Of a DNA stretch of 47,009 nucleotides, positions 18,289 to 26,528 are shown piece by piece. The DNA is taken from positions 1 to 47,009 of the forward strand of contig JAZJZK010000045.1 in the NCBI GenBank assembly GCA_040389905.1, given 5' to 3'. Origin of the DNA: Gemmatimonadota bacterium. Its GTDB lineage: Bacteria; Gemmatimonadota; Gemmatimonadetes; Gemmatimonadales; Gemmatimonadaceae. Made by a program: the position numbers and the translations under genes. Position 1 is the stretch's first letter; the number at the start of each line of letters is the position of its first letter. A model generated the notes under the pieces. That model did not search any database and was not told the DNA's origin. It was given only the letters and a program-made list of their open reading frames with translations.

Positions 18289-18995
18289 TTGATGGAACGC
18301 GGCGCGTCACCGTGCACTGGCTGATTGCCAGCGCGCTTGTGGTGTGCGCTGCGGCGTCGAGTGCGAGCGCACAAGCGAGTTTGACCGGTTTCGTCCGCGA
18401 CTCGGCAGGGCGCCCACTGCGTGGCGCCCTTGTCACGATTGACTCACTGAATCGCACGACGCTGGCCGATGCAAAGGGACGGTACTTCATTGGTAATCTC
18501 CCCGCGGGCACGCACGTGTTTCGCGCGCGCGTCTTTGGATATGAACCCGTCGACGCGGAGCTGACATTCACGGCCACCACGGTCGATACGCTGGACTTCG
18601 AGCTGGTCAGGTTCGGCATTGTGTCGCTGGACACGATGCGGACGCTGGCGGATGCCGACGCGAAACCGGCCGAGCGTCAGACCCGAGAGCTCATCAAGGT
18701 CGAGCAACTCGCAGATGGGCACTATGAGAACGTCTACGAAGCACTGATCTCGGTGCGGCCGACCTGGATTTCTGGCCGCGCCGTGACGTCGCCGCGCTCG
18801 GGTGGCATCGTCGTGTACCTGGACAACAACCGGATTGGCGGGACGGACGAGCTGAAGAACATTCGGCTCAATATTGTCTTGCAGATCCAGCACTTCAATG
18901 GAGTCGATGCGCAGGCCCGCTGGGGAATCGGCCACGCGGACGGCGTGATCCTCATCGAGACCGTCGGCGCGACCAGACGCAATGCGTCGCCGTGA
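18285..18995 (+). CDS. Secreted CarboxypepD-like + TonB-plug-like protein (copy 2)
   Basis: Tandem paralog of copy 1; ATGA overlap places the start at 18285 (MIDGTRR). Confidence 0.8.
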   Translation: MIDGTRRVTVHWLIASALVVCAAASSASAQASLTGFVRDSAGRPLRGALVTIDSLNRTTLADAKGRYFIGNLPAGTHVFRARVFGYEPVDAELTFTATTVDTLDFELVRFGIVSLDTMRTLADADAKPAERQTRELIKVEQLADGHYENVYEALISVRPTWISGRAVTSPRSGGIVVYLDNNRIGGTDELKNIRLNIVLQIQHFNGVDAQARWGIGHADGVILIETVGATRRNASP

Positions 18996-18999
18996 CAGC

Positions 19000-19085
19000 T
19001 GTCACCCCGAGCGAGCGAAGCGAGTCGAGGGGGCAGCACCTCAACCTCAGACTGAACGTGCAGATCCCTCGACTTCGCTCGGGAT
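19000..19085. repeat. REP-like palindromic element, both arms
   Basis: tgtcaccccgagcg...cgagtcgagggg pairs with gtgcagatccctcgacttcgctcgggat. Confidence 0.75.
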
Positions 19086-19121
19086 ACGCAACCCACGCTG
19101 TTCCTTCTAGCCGTGACGCCA

Positions 19122-22100
19122 ATGAAACGCCATCGACAGTTTGCCGCGCTGACGCTCATCCTCGCGGGGTCACTTGCGTGTCTGCCGCATCGCCCCACGG
19201 AGCGCGAAGCGGAGCGTCTCGATCGCACCGTCCTCACGGAGAAGGACTTTGCGGATCTGCACGTCGAAACGGCGTACGAGGCAGTCGAGGCGTTGCGGTC
19301 GAACTGGTTGCATGAGCGCGGAACGCTCACCCTCACCGGGACACCTTCCGTCGTGCTGGTGTACCTCGACAACGTAAAGTTCGGGCCGGTCGAAACCCTG
19401 CGCACGCTTCCATTGCACCGTGTGTCGTCGATGAGGCGCCTCGACGGCGTCGAGGCGCAGGCGAGGTACGGAATCGGCCACGCCTCGGGTGTGATCGAGG
19501 TTGAAACATGGACAATGTCGAAGAGTCTCCCGGCGCAGCGCGACATCTCCGGTGACGTCATCGTTATCGAGAACGATTCGCCGTATTCCCGCGCGGCGAC
19601 GGGCTTTCCGCTCGTCGCGAACGCCGTCGCTGCACCAATCGTCGGAAGCGCGTCGGACTTCAAAGGCGTGACGCGTGCGATCAACGATCTTCGCATGGAC
19701 GTTGGCCGCGTGACCGGCAAGGCGCCAACGGTGTCGATGGACGTTCCGTCCGACGCCAGGCAAATCGTGCTCGTCGGGACATTGGGCAAGAGTCCGCTCA
19801 TCGACAAGCTCGTGCAGGGCGGCAAACTCAGCGCCGCCGGTGTCACGGGGAAATGGGAGACGTACGTTCGGCAGGTCGTGTTGAATCCGATGCCCGGTGT
19901 CGACCAGGCGCTGGTGATCGCGGGCAGCGACAAGCGCGGCACGATCTACGGCATTTACGACGTGTCGTCGCAGATCGGCGTGTCGCCGTGGTATTACTGG
20001 GCCGACGTGCCCACGCGTCACCAGGATGAGCTGTATATCCCTGTCGCCCGTTTCACGCAGGGGGAACCCGCGGTGAAGTACCGCGGCATCTTCATCAACG
20101 ATGAAGCACCGGCCTTCTCGGGATGGGCACGCGAGAAGTTCGGTGGCGTGAACAGCAAGGTCTACACGAAGATGTTCGAGCTCATTCTCCGCATGAAGGG
20201 CAACTATCTGTGGCCGGCGATGTGGAACAACGCCTTTGCGGACGACGATTCACTCAGCGCGATCCTCGCCGACGAATACGGCATCGTGATGGGTACCTCG
20301 CACCATGAACCAATGACGCGCGCGCAGAAGGAATGGACGCGGTACGGCAAAGGCGCGTGGGACTACGGGATCAATGACACCACGCTGCGCGCGTTCTGGC
20401 GCAAGGGCATCGAGCGCATGGGCACGCGCGAGAACATCGTGACGCTCGGCATGCGCGGCGATGGCGATCGGCCGATGACCACGAATGGCGGCAGCAATGT
20501 CGAACTCCTCGAAAAGATCGTAGCGGACCAGCGAAAGATCCTCGCCGACGTCACGGGCAAGGACCCCGCGAAGACGCCGACGTTGTGGGCGCTCTACAAG
20601 GAAGTGCAGGACTACTACGACAAAGGCATGCGTGTCCCCGACGACGTCACGCTGCTGTTTTCCGATGACAACTGGGGGAACATTCGCCGGTTGCCGAACG
20701 AGGCGGAACGAAAGCATTCTGGCGGCTATGGCATCTACTACCACTTCGACTACGTGGGCGGTCCGCGCAATTACAAGTGGATCAACACGAATCCGATCGC
20801 GCGCGTGTGGGAGCAGATGAACCTCGCGAATCAGTACGGCGCAAACCGCATCTGGATCGTGAACACGGGTGACCTGAAGCCGATGGAGTTTCCCACGCAA
20901 TTCTTCCTCGACTTCGCGTGGAATCCCACGCGCTGGCCCGCCGAGCGGTTGCCTGAGTATGCGAAGCAGTGGGCGGAACAGCAGTTCGGCCCGGCGCATT
21001 CGGGCGAGATCGCCGAGGTCATCACGAAGTACCTGAAGTATGCGGGCCGCAGGAAGCCGGAGATGCTCCTGCCTGAGACGTACAGCCTGTCGAATTATCG
21101 CGAGGCGGAGCGCATCGTGGAGGAGTACACCGCGCTCCAGAAGGAGGCGGAGCGACTCAATGACGCGATGCCTGCGGATGCCAGGGACGCCTTCTTCGAA
21201 TTGGTGCTCCACCCCGTGCAGGCGGCGGCGACGGTGAACGAGATGTACGTCACCATCGCGAAGAACCACATGTACGCGTTCCAGCAGCGTGCCGCGACCA
21301 ACGACCTGGCGGATCGTGCGCGTGCGCTCTTCGAGCGCGACGCCGCGTTGTCGAATCAGTTCAATGCGCAGATTGCCGGCGGCAAGTGGGCGCACATGAT
21401 GGACCAGACGCACATCGGCTACACGAACTGGCAGGAGCCGCCGCGCGACCAGATGCCGCAGGTCACGGTACTTCGCGTGCCGGAAGGTTCAGAGCTGGGT
21501 GTTTGGTATGAGGGGCAGGCGTCTGGTCTTCCGGTGTTTGGTCCTCCTCCTGGTGGCGGCGCTGGGCGGGCCGGCGGAACTGGCGCGTCGGCGGCAGGTG
21601 GCGGACGTGCCGGTGGTTTCGGCGGCGGCTTCGCTCGACAGGAACCTGCGCTCCCCGAGTTCGATCCCTACAATCGGCAGAGCTATTTCATCGACGTTTA
21701 CAACAAGCGCTCCACGCCCTTCGACTACACGATCTCCGCGGCGCAGCCGTTCGTCACCATCTCCCAACCCGCAGGGAAGGTCGAGAAGGAGACACGCGTC
21801 TACGTGAGCGTCGATTGGAGCAAGGCCCCCTCCGGCACCACGAAGGTGCCACTGACCGTTAGCGGGGCCGGAACCAACGTCACGGTACAAGCCATCGTGA
21901 ACAACCCGACGCAGCTCAAGCGCGAGGACGTGGACGGGTTCGTCGAGAGCAATGACTACGTGTCAATGGAAGCCGAGCATTTTTCACGAGCGGTGAGCTC
22001 GCCGACGGTGCAGTGGCTGCGCGTGCCCGATCTCGGTCGGACGGGGTCGGCAATGACGTCCACTCCAGTGAACGTGAAGAGCCAGTCGTTGGCCGCAACG

Positions 22101-22484
22101 TCGGCTCGGCTCGAGTACAGGATGTTCCTGTTCGATAGCGGCACCGTAACGCTGCGAACGTATTTTTCGCCCACGCTGAACTTCACGGGCGCGCCGGAGT
22201 CGCTGCGATTCGCGGTGTCGATCGACGACGAGGCGCCGCAGACGCTTCGCATGGTGGCAGATAGCACCAATCGCATGTGGGAGCAGTCGGTCGGTGACCA
22301 GATTGTCACGATGACATCGAAGCATATGATCGCGAAACCAGGTCTGCATGTGCTCAAGTACTGGATGATCGATCCAGGCCTCGTGCTGCAAAAGCTCGTC
22401 GTCGATGCCGGGGGGGTGAAGCCGAGTTACCTCGGACCGCCGGAGAGCTATCGGGCGACAAAGTCGGCGGCGGGCAAGAAGTGA
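19122..22484 (+). CDS. Fusion: lipoprotein signal + plug-like domain + GH115 alpha-(4-O-methyl)-glucuronidase
   Basis: Lipobox SLAC; plug-like domain ending EAQARYGIGHASGVIEVET; GH115 motifs VKYRGIFINDE, KGNYLWPAMW, GTSHHEPM, GMRGDGD, DDNWG, GIYYHFDYVGGPRNYKW. Confidence 0.88.
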   Translation: MKRHRQFAALTLILAGSLACLPHRPTEREAERLDRTVLTEKDFADLHVETAYEAVEALRSNWLHERGTLTLTGTPSVVLVYLDNVKFGPVETLRTLPLHRVSSMRRLDGVEAQARYGIGHASGVIEVETWTMSKSLPAQRDISGDVIVIENDSPYSRAATGFPLVANAVAAPIVGSASDFKGVTRAINDLRMDVGRVTGKAPTVSMDVPSDARQIVLVGTLGKSPLIDKLVQGGKLSAAGVTGKWETYVRQVVLNPMPGVDQALVIAGSDKRGTIYGIYDVSSQIGVSPWYYWADVPTRHQDELYIPVARFTQGEPAVKYRGIFINDEAPAFSGWAREKFGGVNSKVYTKMFELILRMKGNYLWPAMWNNAFADDDSLSAILADEYGIVMGTSHHEPMTRAQKEWTRYGKGAWDYGINDTTLRAFWRKGIERMGTRENIVTLGMRGDGDRPMTTNGGSNVELLEKIVADQRKILADVTGKDPAKTPTLWALYKEVQDYYDKGMRVPDDVTLLFSDDNWGNIRRLPNEAERKHSGGYGIYYHFDYVGGPRNYKWINTNPIARVWEQMNLANQYGANRIWIVNTGDLKPMEFPTQFFLDFAWNPTRWPAERLPEYAKQWAEQQFGPAHSGEIAEVITKYLKYAGRRKPEMLLPETYSLSNYREAERIVEEYTALQKEAERLNDAMPADARDAFFELVLHPVQAAATVNEMYVTIAKNHMYAFQQRAATNDLADRARALFERDAALSNQFNAQIAGGKWAHMMDQTHIGYTNWQEPPRDQMPQVTVLRVPEGSELGVWYEGQASGLPVFGPPPGGGAGRAGGTGASAAGGGRAGGFGGGFARQEPALPEFDPYNRQSYFIDVYNKRSTPFDYTISAAQPFVTISQPAGKVEKETRVYVSVDWSKAPSGTTKVPLTVSGAGTNVTVQAIVNNPTQLKREDVDGFVESNDYVSMEAEHFSRAVSSPTVQWLRVPDLGRTGSAMTSTPVNVKSQSLAATSARLEYRMFLFDSGTVTLRTYFSPTLNFTGAPESLRFAVSIDDEAPQTLRMVADSTNRMWEQSVGDQIVTMTSKHMIAKPGLHVLKYWMIDPGLVLQKLVVDAGGVKPSYLGPPESYRATKSAAGKK

Positions 22485-24244
22485 GGGCGCGCGTTGCGCT
22501 CCTGCTGCCGTTGCTGTCCAGTGCGTGCTGGATGGGGCGGACTGCCGGCAGTTCGGCGGGGCCGAACCCGCGCTTCGACTGGTTCGAATACGAAGGCAAG
22601 GACGTCGTCTACGGCAGTTGTGAGCGCCGCGACGCCCGTGGCACTGCCTCCCTGCAATGTTCGAACGGCATCGCCACCCGCGGACCGAATCAGTTTCTCA
22701 ATCCGATTCTCACGGGCTTCTATCCCGATCCGAGCGCGATCCGTGTCGGCGACGACTACTACCTCGTCACATCATCGTTCGCATACTTCCCCGGCGTTCC
22801 GATCTTCCACAGCAAGGATCTGGTCAACTGGACGCAGATCGGCCATGTGTTGGATCGGCGGTCGCAGCTGAATCTCGACAGCGCTGGCATTTCGCGCGGC
22901 ATCTTCGCGCCCGTCATTCGCTACAACGCCGGCACGTTCTACATGATCACCACGCTGATCGACAAGGGAGGCAACTTCATTGTCACGGCGACGAACCCCG
23001 CCGGCCCGTGGTCCGATCCCATCTGGCTGAAAAGCGTCGACGGCATCGATCCATCACTGTTCTTCGACGACAACGGCAAGGCGTACGTGATCAACAATGG
23101 TCCGCCGATCGAGCGCCCCCGGTACGACGGCCATCGCGCGATCTGGATTCAGGAGTTCGACGCGACAACGAAGAAAATGGTTGGACCGCGCACGATGATC
23201 GTGAATGGCGGAACGGATCTCTCGAAGAATCCCATCTGGATCGAGGCACCCCACATCCTCAAGCACGACGGCAAGTACTTCCTCATCTGCGCCGAGGGCG
23301 GCACCGGATACAACCACACCGAGGTTGTCTTCAAGGGTGATTCGCCGCTTGGCCCGTGGGTGCCCTTTGCGGGGAATCCCATTCTCACACAGAAGCATCT
23401 CGACCGGACGCGCCCCAATCCGATCACGACGACCGGCCACGCGGATTTCATCGAGACGCAGAACGGCGAGTGGTGGGCGGTGTTCCTCGGCGTGCGCCCC
23501 TATGGCGACGACACGTACAATACAGGTCGCGAAACCTTCCTCATGCCCGTGAAGTGGGTCGACGGTTGGCCAATCATTACCACGGGAACGGAAACGGTGC
23601 CGTACATGGCGAAGTCTCCGGCATTGCCCGCGCAGCCCGCACCAGCGATACCAACAAGCGGCAATTTTATCGTTCGCGACGACTTTGACTCGCCCACGCT
23701 GCCAATGCATTGGGAGATGATTCGCGGGCCCGGCGACAAGTTCGTCGACCTCACGACGTCACCGGGCTCGCTGACGCTGCGTGCGCGACCCGCGGGATTC
23801 CAGCGTTTCGTGCAGCCCTCGTTCGTGGGACGCCGCCAGCAGCACATGAATTCGTCTGCATCAACGGCGATGACGTATCTCCCAACCCTCGACGGGGACA
23901 AGGCGGGCATCGTCGCATTCCAGAACGACCAGTACTTCTACTTTCTCTCCGTCGCGCGAGTGGATGGGAAGACGGTGGTGCAAGTCGAGAAGCACGCAGG
24001 CGGGGCCACGGGGGCGAACGGGGTGGTCGTCGCGTCGAGCCCAATCGAGGCCGGCGCGCAGCCGGTCTACCTCAAGATCGAATCGCGCGGCGCGCTCTAT
24101 GATTTTTCGTATGGCACAAACGCTGGAGAATGGACCAGCCTCCATACGGGTGCAGACGGCAACGTTCTCAGCACGAAAGTCGCGGGTGGGTTCGTTGGCA
24201 CGATGTTCGGCCTCTACGCATACAGCACTTCCGGTTCGGAGTAA
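22481..24244 (+). CDS. GH43 beta-xylosidase/alpha-L-arabinofuranosidase with C-terminal beta-sandwich, predicted lipoprotein
   Basis: NPILTGFYPDPS, GIFAP, GIDPSLFFD, WIEAPH, CAEGGT, GHAD, GRETFL; GTGA overlap with the GH115 stop; lipobox SSAC. Confidence 0.92.
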   Translation: MRARVALLLPLLSSACWMGRTAGSSAGPNPRFDWFEYEGKDVVYGSCERRDARGTASLQCSNGIATRGPNQFLNPILTGFYPDPSAIRVGDDYYLVTSSFAYFPGVPIFHSKDLVNWTQIGHVLDRRSQLNLDSAGISRGIFAPVIRYNAGTFYMITTLIDKGGNFIVTATNPAGPWSDPIWLKSVDGIDPSLFFDDNGKAYVINNGPPIERPRYDGHRAIWIQEFDATTKKMVGPRTMIVNGGTDLSKNPIWIEAPHILKHDGKYFLICAEGGTGYNHTEVVFKGDSPLGPWVPFAGNPILTQKHLDRTRPNPITTTGHADFIETQNGEWWAVFLGVRPYGDDTYNTGRETFLMPVKWVDGWPIITTGTETVPYMAKSPALPAQPAPAIPTSGNFIVRDDFDSPTLPMHWEMIRGPGDKFVDLTTSPGSLTLRARPAGFQRFVQPSFVGRRQQHMNSSASTAMTYLPTLDGDKAGIVAFQNDQYFYFLSVARVDGKTVVQVEKHAGGATGANGVVVASSPIEAGAQPVYLKIESRGALYDFSYGTNAGEWTSLHTGADGNVLSTKVAGGFVGTMFGLYAYSTSGSE

Positions 24245-24247
24245 AAC

Positions 24248-25234
24248 GTGAACTATCGTGAGCTTGGCCGAACGGGCTGGAAGATCTCGGAGATCAGCTT
24301 TGGCGCGTGGGGGATTGGTGGAGACGTTTGGGGGGACACCGACGACGAGCAATCGATGCGCACGCTGCACCGCGCCATCGATCTCGGAGTGAACTTCATC
24401 GATACAGCCGATGTCTATGGCGATGGCCATTCCGAACGTCTGATCGCGCGTCTGTTGCGCGAGCGCAGCGAGGAGATCATCGTCGCGACGAAGTCCGGGC
24501 GGCGTCTGCCTGCTCAAATCGCGAGCGGGTACAATCGCGCCAACCTCACGGCGTTCGTCGAGCGCAGCCTCGACAACCTCGGCGTGGACCGCATCGACCT
24601 GCTCCAACTCCATTGCCCGCCAAGTGAGGTCTACGAGATGCCGGAGGTGTTCGGTATCCTCGACGATCTCGTGACCGCGGGAAAGCTGCGCTTTTACGGC
24701 GTGAGCGTCGAACGCGTCGACGAGGCGCTGCGTGCGATCGAGCACGAGGGCGTGCAGTCGGTGCAGATCATCTTCAACATGTTCCGGCTCAAGCCCGCCG
24801 ATGCGTTCTTCGCGGCAGCAGCACGCAGGCGGGTAGGGATTCTCGCCCGCGTGCCGCTGGCCAGCGGTTTGCTCAGCGGACGGCTGCGGGCCGATACGGA
24901 GTTTGCGGCGTCCGACCACCGTGTCTTCAACCGCTTCGGTGCGGCGTTCGATCGCGGCGAAACGTTCAGTGGCGTCGACTACGACACGGGCCTTCGTGCC
25001 GCCGAGGAACTCCGCGCGCTCGTGCCGCCGGGCGCCACTCTCGCTCAACTGGCGCTTCGCTGGATTCTCTCGTTTCCTGAGGTGACGGCGGCGATTCCCG
25101 GCGCCAAGACGGAACGCCAGGTGGCCGACAACATTCGGTCGGCAGAACTTCCGCCACTCTCAGCGGATACGATGGCGAGTGTTCGCGTCGTGTACGACAG
25201 GTATATCCGCGAGGCGATCCATGCACAGTGGTAG
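24248..25234 (+). CDS. Aldo/keto reductase
   Basis: GVNFIDTADVYGDG.SE, IVATK, IDLLQLH, GKLRFYGVS, QLALRWIL, IPGAK. Confidence 0.92.
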   Translation: MNYRELGRTGWKISEISFGAWGIGGDVWGDTDDEQSMRTLHRAIDLGVNFIDTADVYGDGHSERLIARLLRERSEEIIVATKSGRRLPAQIASGYNRANLTAFVERSLDNLGVDRIDLLQLHCPPSEVYEMPEVFGILDDLVTAGKLRFYGVSVERVDEALRAIEHEGVQSVQIIFNMFRLKPADAFFAAAARRRVGILARVPLASGLLSGRLRADTEFAASDHRVFNRFGAAFDRGETFSGVDYDTGLRAAEELRALVPPGATLAQLALRWILSFPEVTAAIPGAKTERQVADNIRSAELPPLSADTMASVRVVYDRYIREAIHAQW

Positions 25235-26291
25235 CACAACGACCGTCACGCAGTTCGGAGTACTTCCCGACGGTCGCGTCGTCGAAATGCATTCGCTGAC
25301 GAATGCCAGTGGTATGGAAGTGTGCTTCCTCAACCTCGGCGGAATCATCATCGCGGTGCGGGTGCCCGACCGCGATGGCACCATTGCCGATGTCACTCCA
25401 GGCTACGATACGCTCGAGGAGTACCTCGACGACACACATTATTTTGGCGCCCTGGTCGGTCGATACGCCAACCGCATTTCAGATTCGCATTTCGTCGTGG
25501 ACGGGTGTGCCTACAACATCGCGCCGAACGAAGGGCCAAACCTTCTGCACGGTGGGCCGAATGGCTTTCATCGTGTGCTGTGGAACGTCGAGCCCTTTGC
25601 GAGCCCCGACCGAATCGGGGCGGTGCTGACGCACCTGAGCCCCGCGTTGGTCGATGGATTTCCGGGAAACCTGATGGTGCGCGTCACGTATTCGCTCACG
25701 GACCACGGGGAACTGTGCTTCGACTACTCGGCGACGACCGACGTCGCGACGCCGATCAACCTGACGCAGCACCTGTATTTCAACCTCGCCGGTCATGGCG
25801 TCGGTGATATCCTCGGCCATGAATTGACGCTCTATGCGTCGCGATATTTGCCGGTTGATGATGAGCTCATTCCGACTGGCCAGGTGCTTCCGGTCGATGG
25901 AACGGCATTCGACTTTCGGTCGCCCCGCACCATTGGAGAAGGCGTACGCGCCGGAGCCGACGAATTGCGACATGCCGGATACGATCACAACTTCGTGCTC
26001 GACGGCGTGCGAATGGGCGAAGCAATGCTGGCGGCGCGACTTCGTGAGCCGCGCTCCGGCCGCGTGCTCGAGATCGAGACAACGGAACCGGGGCTGCAAG
26101 TATACTCGGGCAATCAGCTCGGTGCTGAGCGTGTTGGAAAGGAGGGCCGACGTTATGGTCAGTTCAGTGCGCTCGCTCTCGAAACGCAGCACTTCCCAGA
26201 TTCTCCCAACGTTCCGCTCTTTCCTTCGACGATTCTGCGTCCGGGTACCGAATACCGCTCGCGAAGCGTGTACCGTTTCGGTGTGAGCTGA
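25221..26291 (+). CDS. galM: Aldose 1-epimerase (mutarotase)
   Basis: GALVGRYANRI, LHGG, NLTQHLYFNL, GYDHNF, PGLQVYSGN, ALETQHFPDSPN; start at ATG 25221 is inferred. Confidence 0.9.
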   Translation: MHSGSTTTVTQFGVLPDGRVVEMHSLTNASGMEVCFLNLGGIIIAVRVPDRDGTIADVTPGYDTLEEYLDDTHYFGALVGRYANRISDSHFVVDGCAYNIAPNEGPNLLHGGPNGFHRVLWNVEPFASPDRIGAVLTHLSPALVDGFPGNLMVRVTYSLTDHGELCFDYSATTDVATPINLTQHLYFNLAGHGVGDILGHELTLYASRYLPVDDELIPTGQVLPVDGTAFDFRSPRTIGEGVRAGADELRHAGYDHNFVLDGVRMGEAMLAARLREPRSGRVLEIETTEPGLQVYSGNQLGAERVGKEGRRYGQFSALALETQHFPDSPNVPLFPSTILRPGTEYRSRSVYRFGVS

Positions 26292-26320
26292 GGCGAGGTC
26301 CGACACATTGAGGATTTGTA

Positions 26321-26495
26321 CGCCGGCACACTGAGCGCGGATTGAGCGGATTTGAACGGCAGAAGGTGTGATTTCTCGAGCGCGGCGCGACAGAAGCGGT
26401 TCGCCGTGGGCTATTGAAGAATCAAGAACAGGTGGTTTCCTGCTTGATCCGTGTTTCTCTTTCCATCCGCTCAATCCGCGTTCAATGTGCCGGCG
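26321..26495. repeat. 175-bp MITE-like element with 31-bp terminal inverted repeats
   Basis: 26321-26351 matches the reverse complement of 26465-26495 at 29 of 31 positions; no obvious target-site duplication. Confidence 0.7.
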
Positions 26496-26528
26496 GGCAC
26501 GGCTCGCGCGGAAATCGAGGTCGAATCG

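Noticed and set aside
17593..19510. Plug-like ORFs as pseudogene fragments of a third susC
   Set aside because: Each has its own signal peptide, copies 1 and 2 end with clean stops after the plug, no barrel remnants follow, and they are too divergent from the local susC genes.
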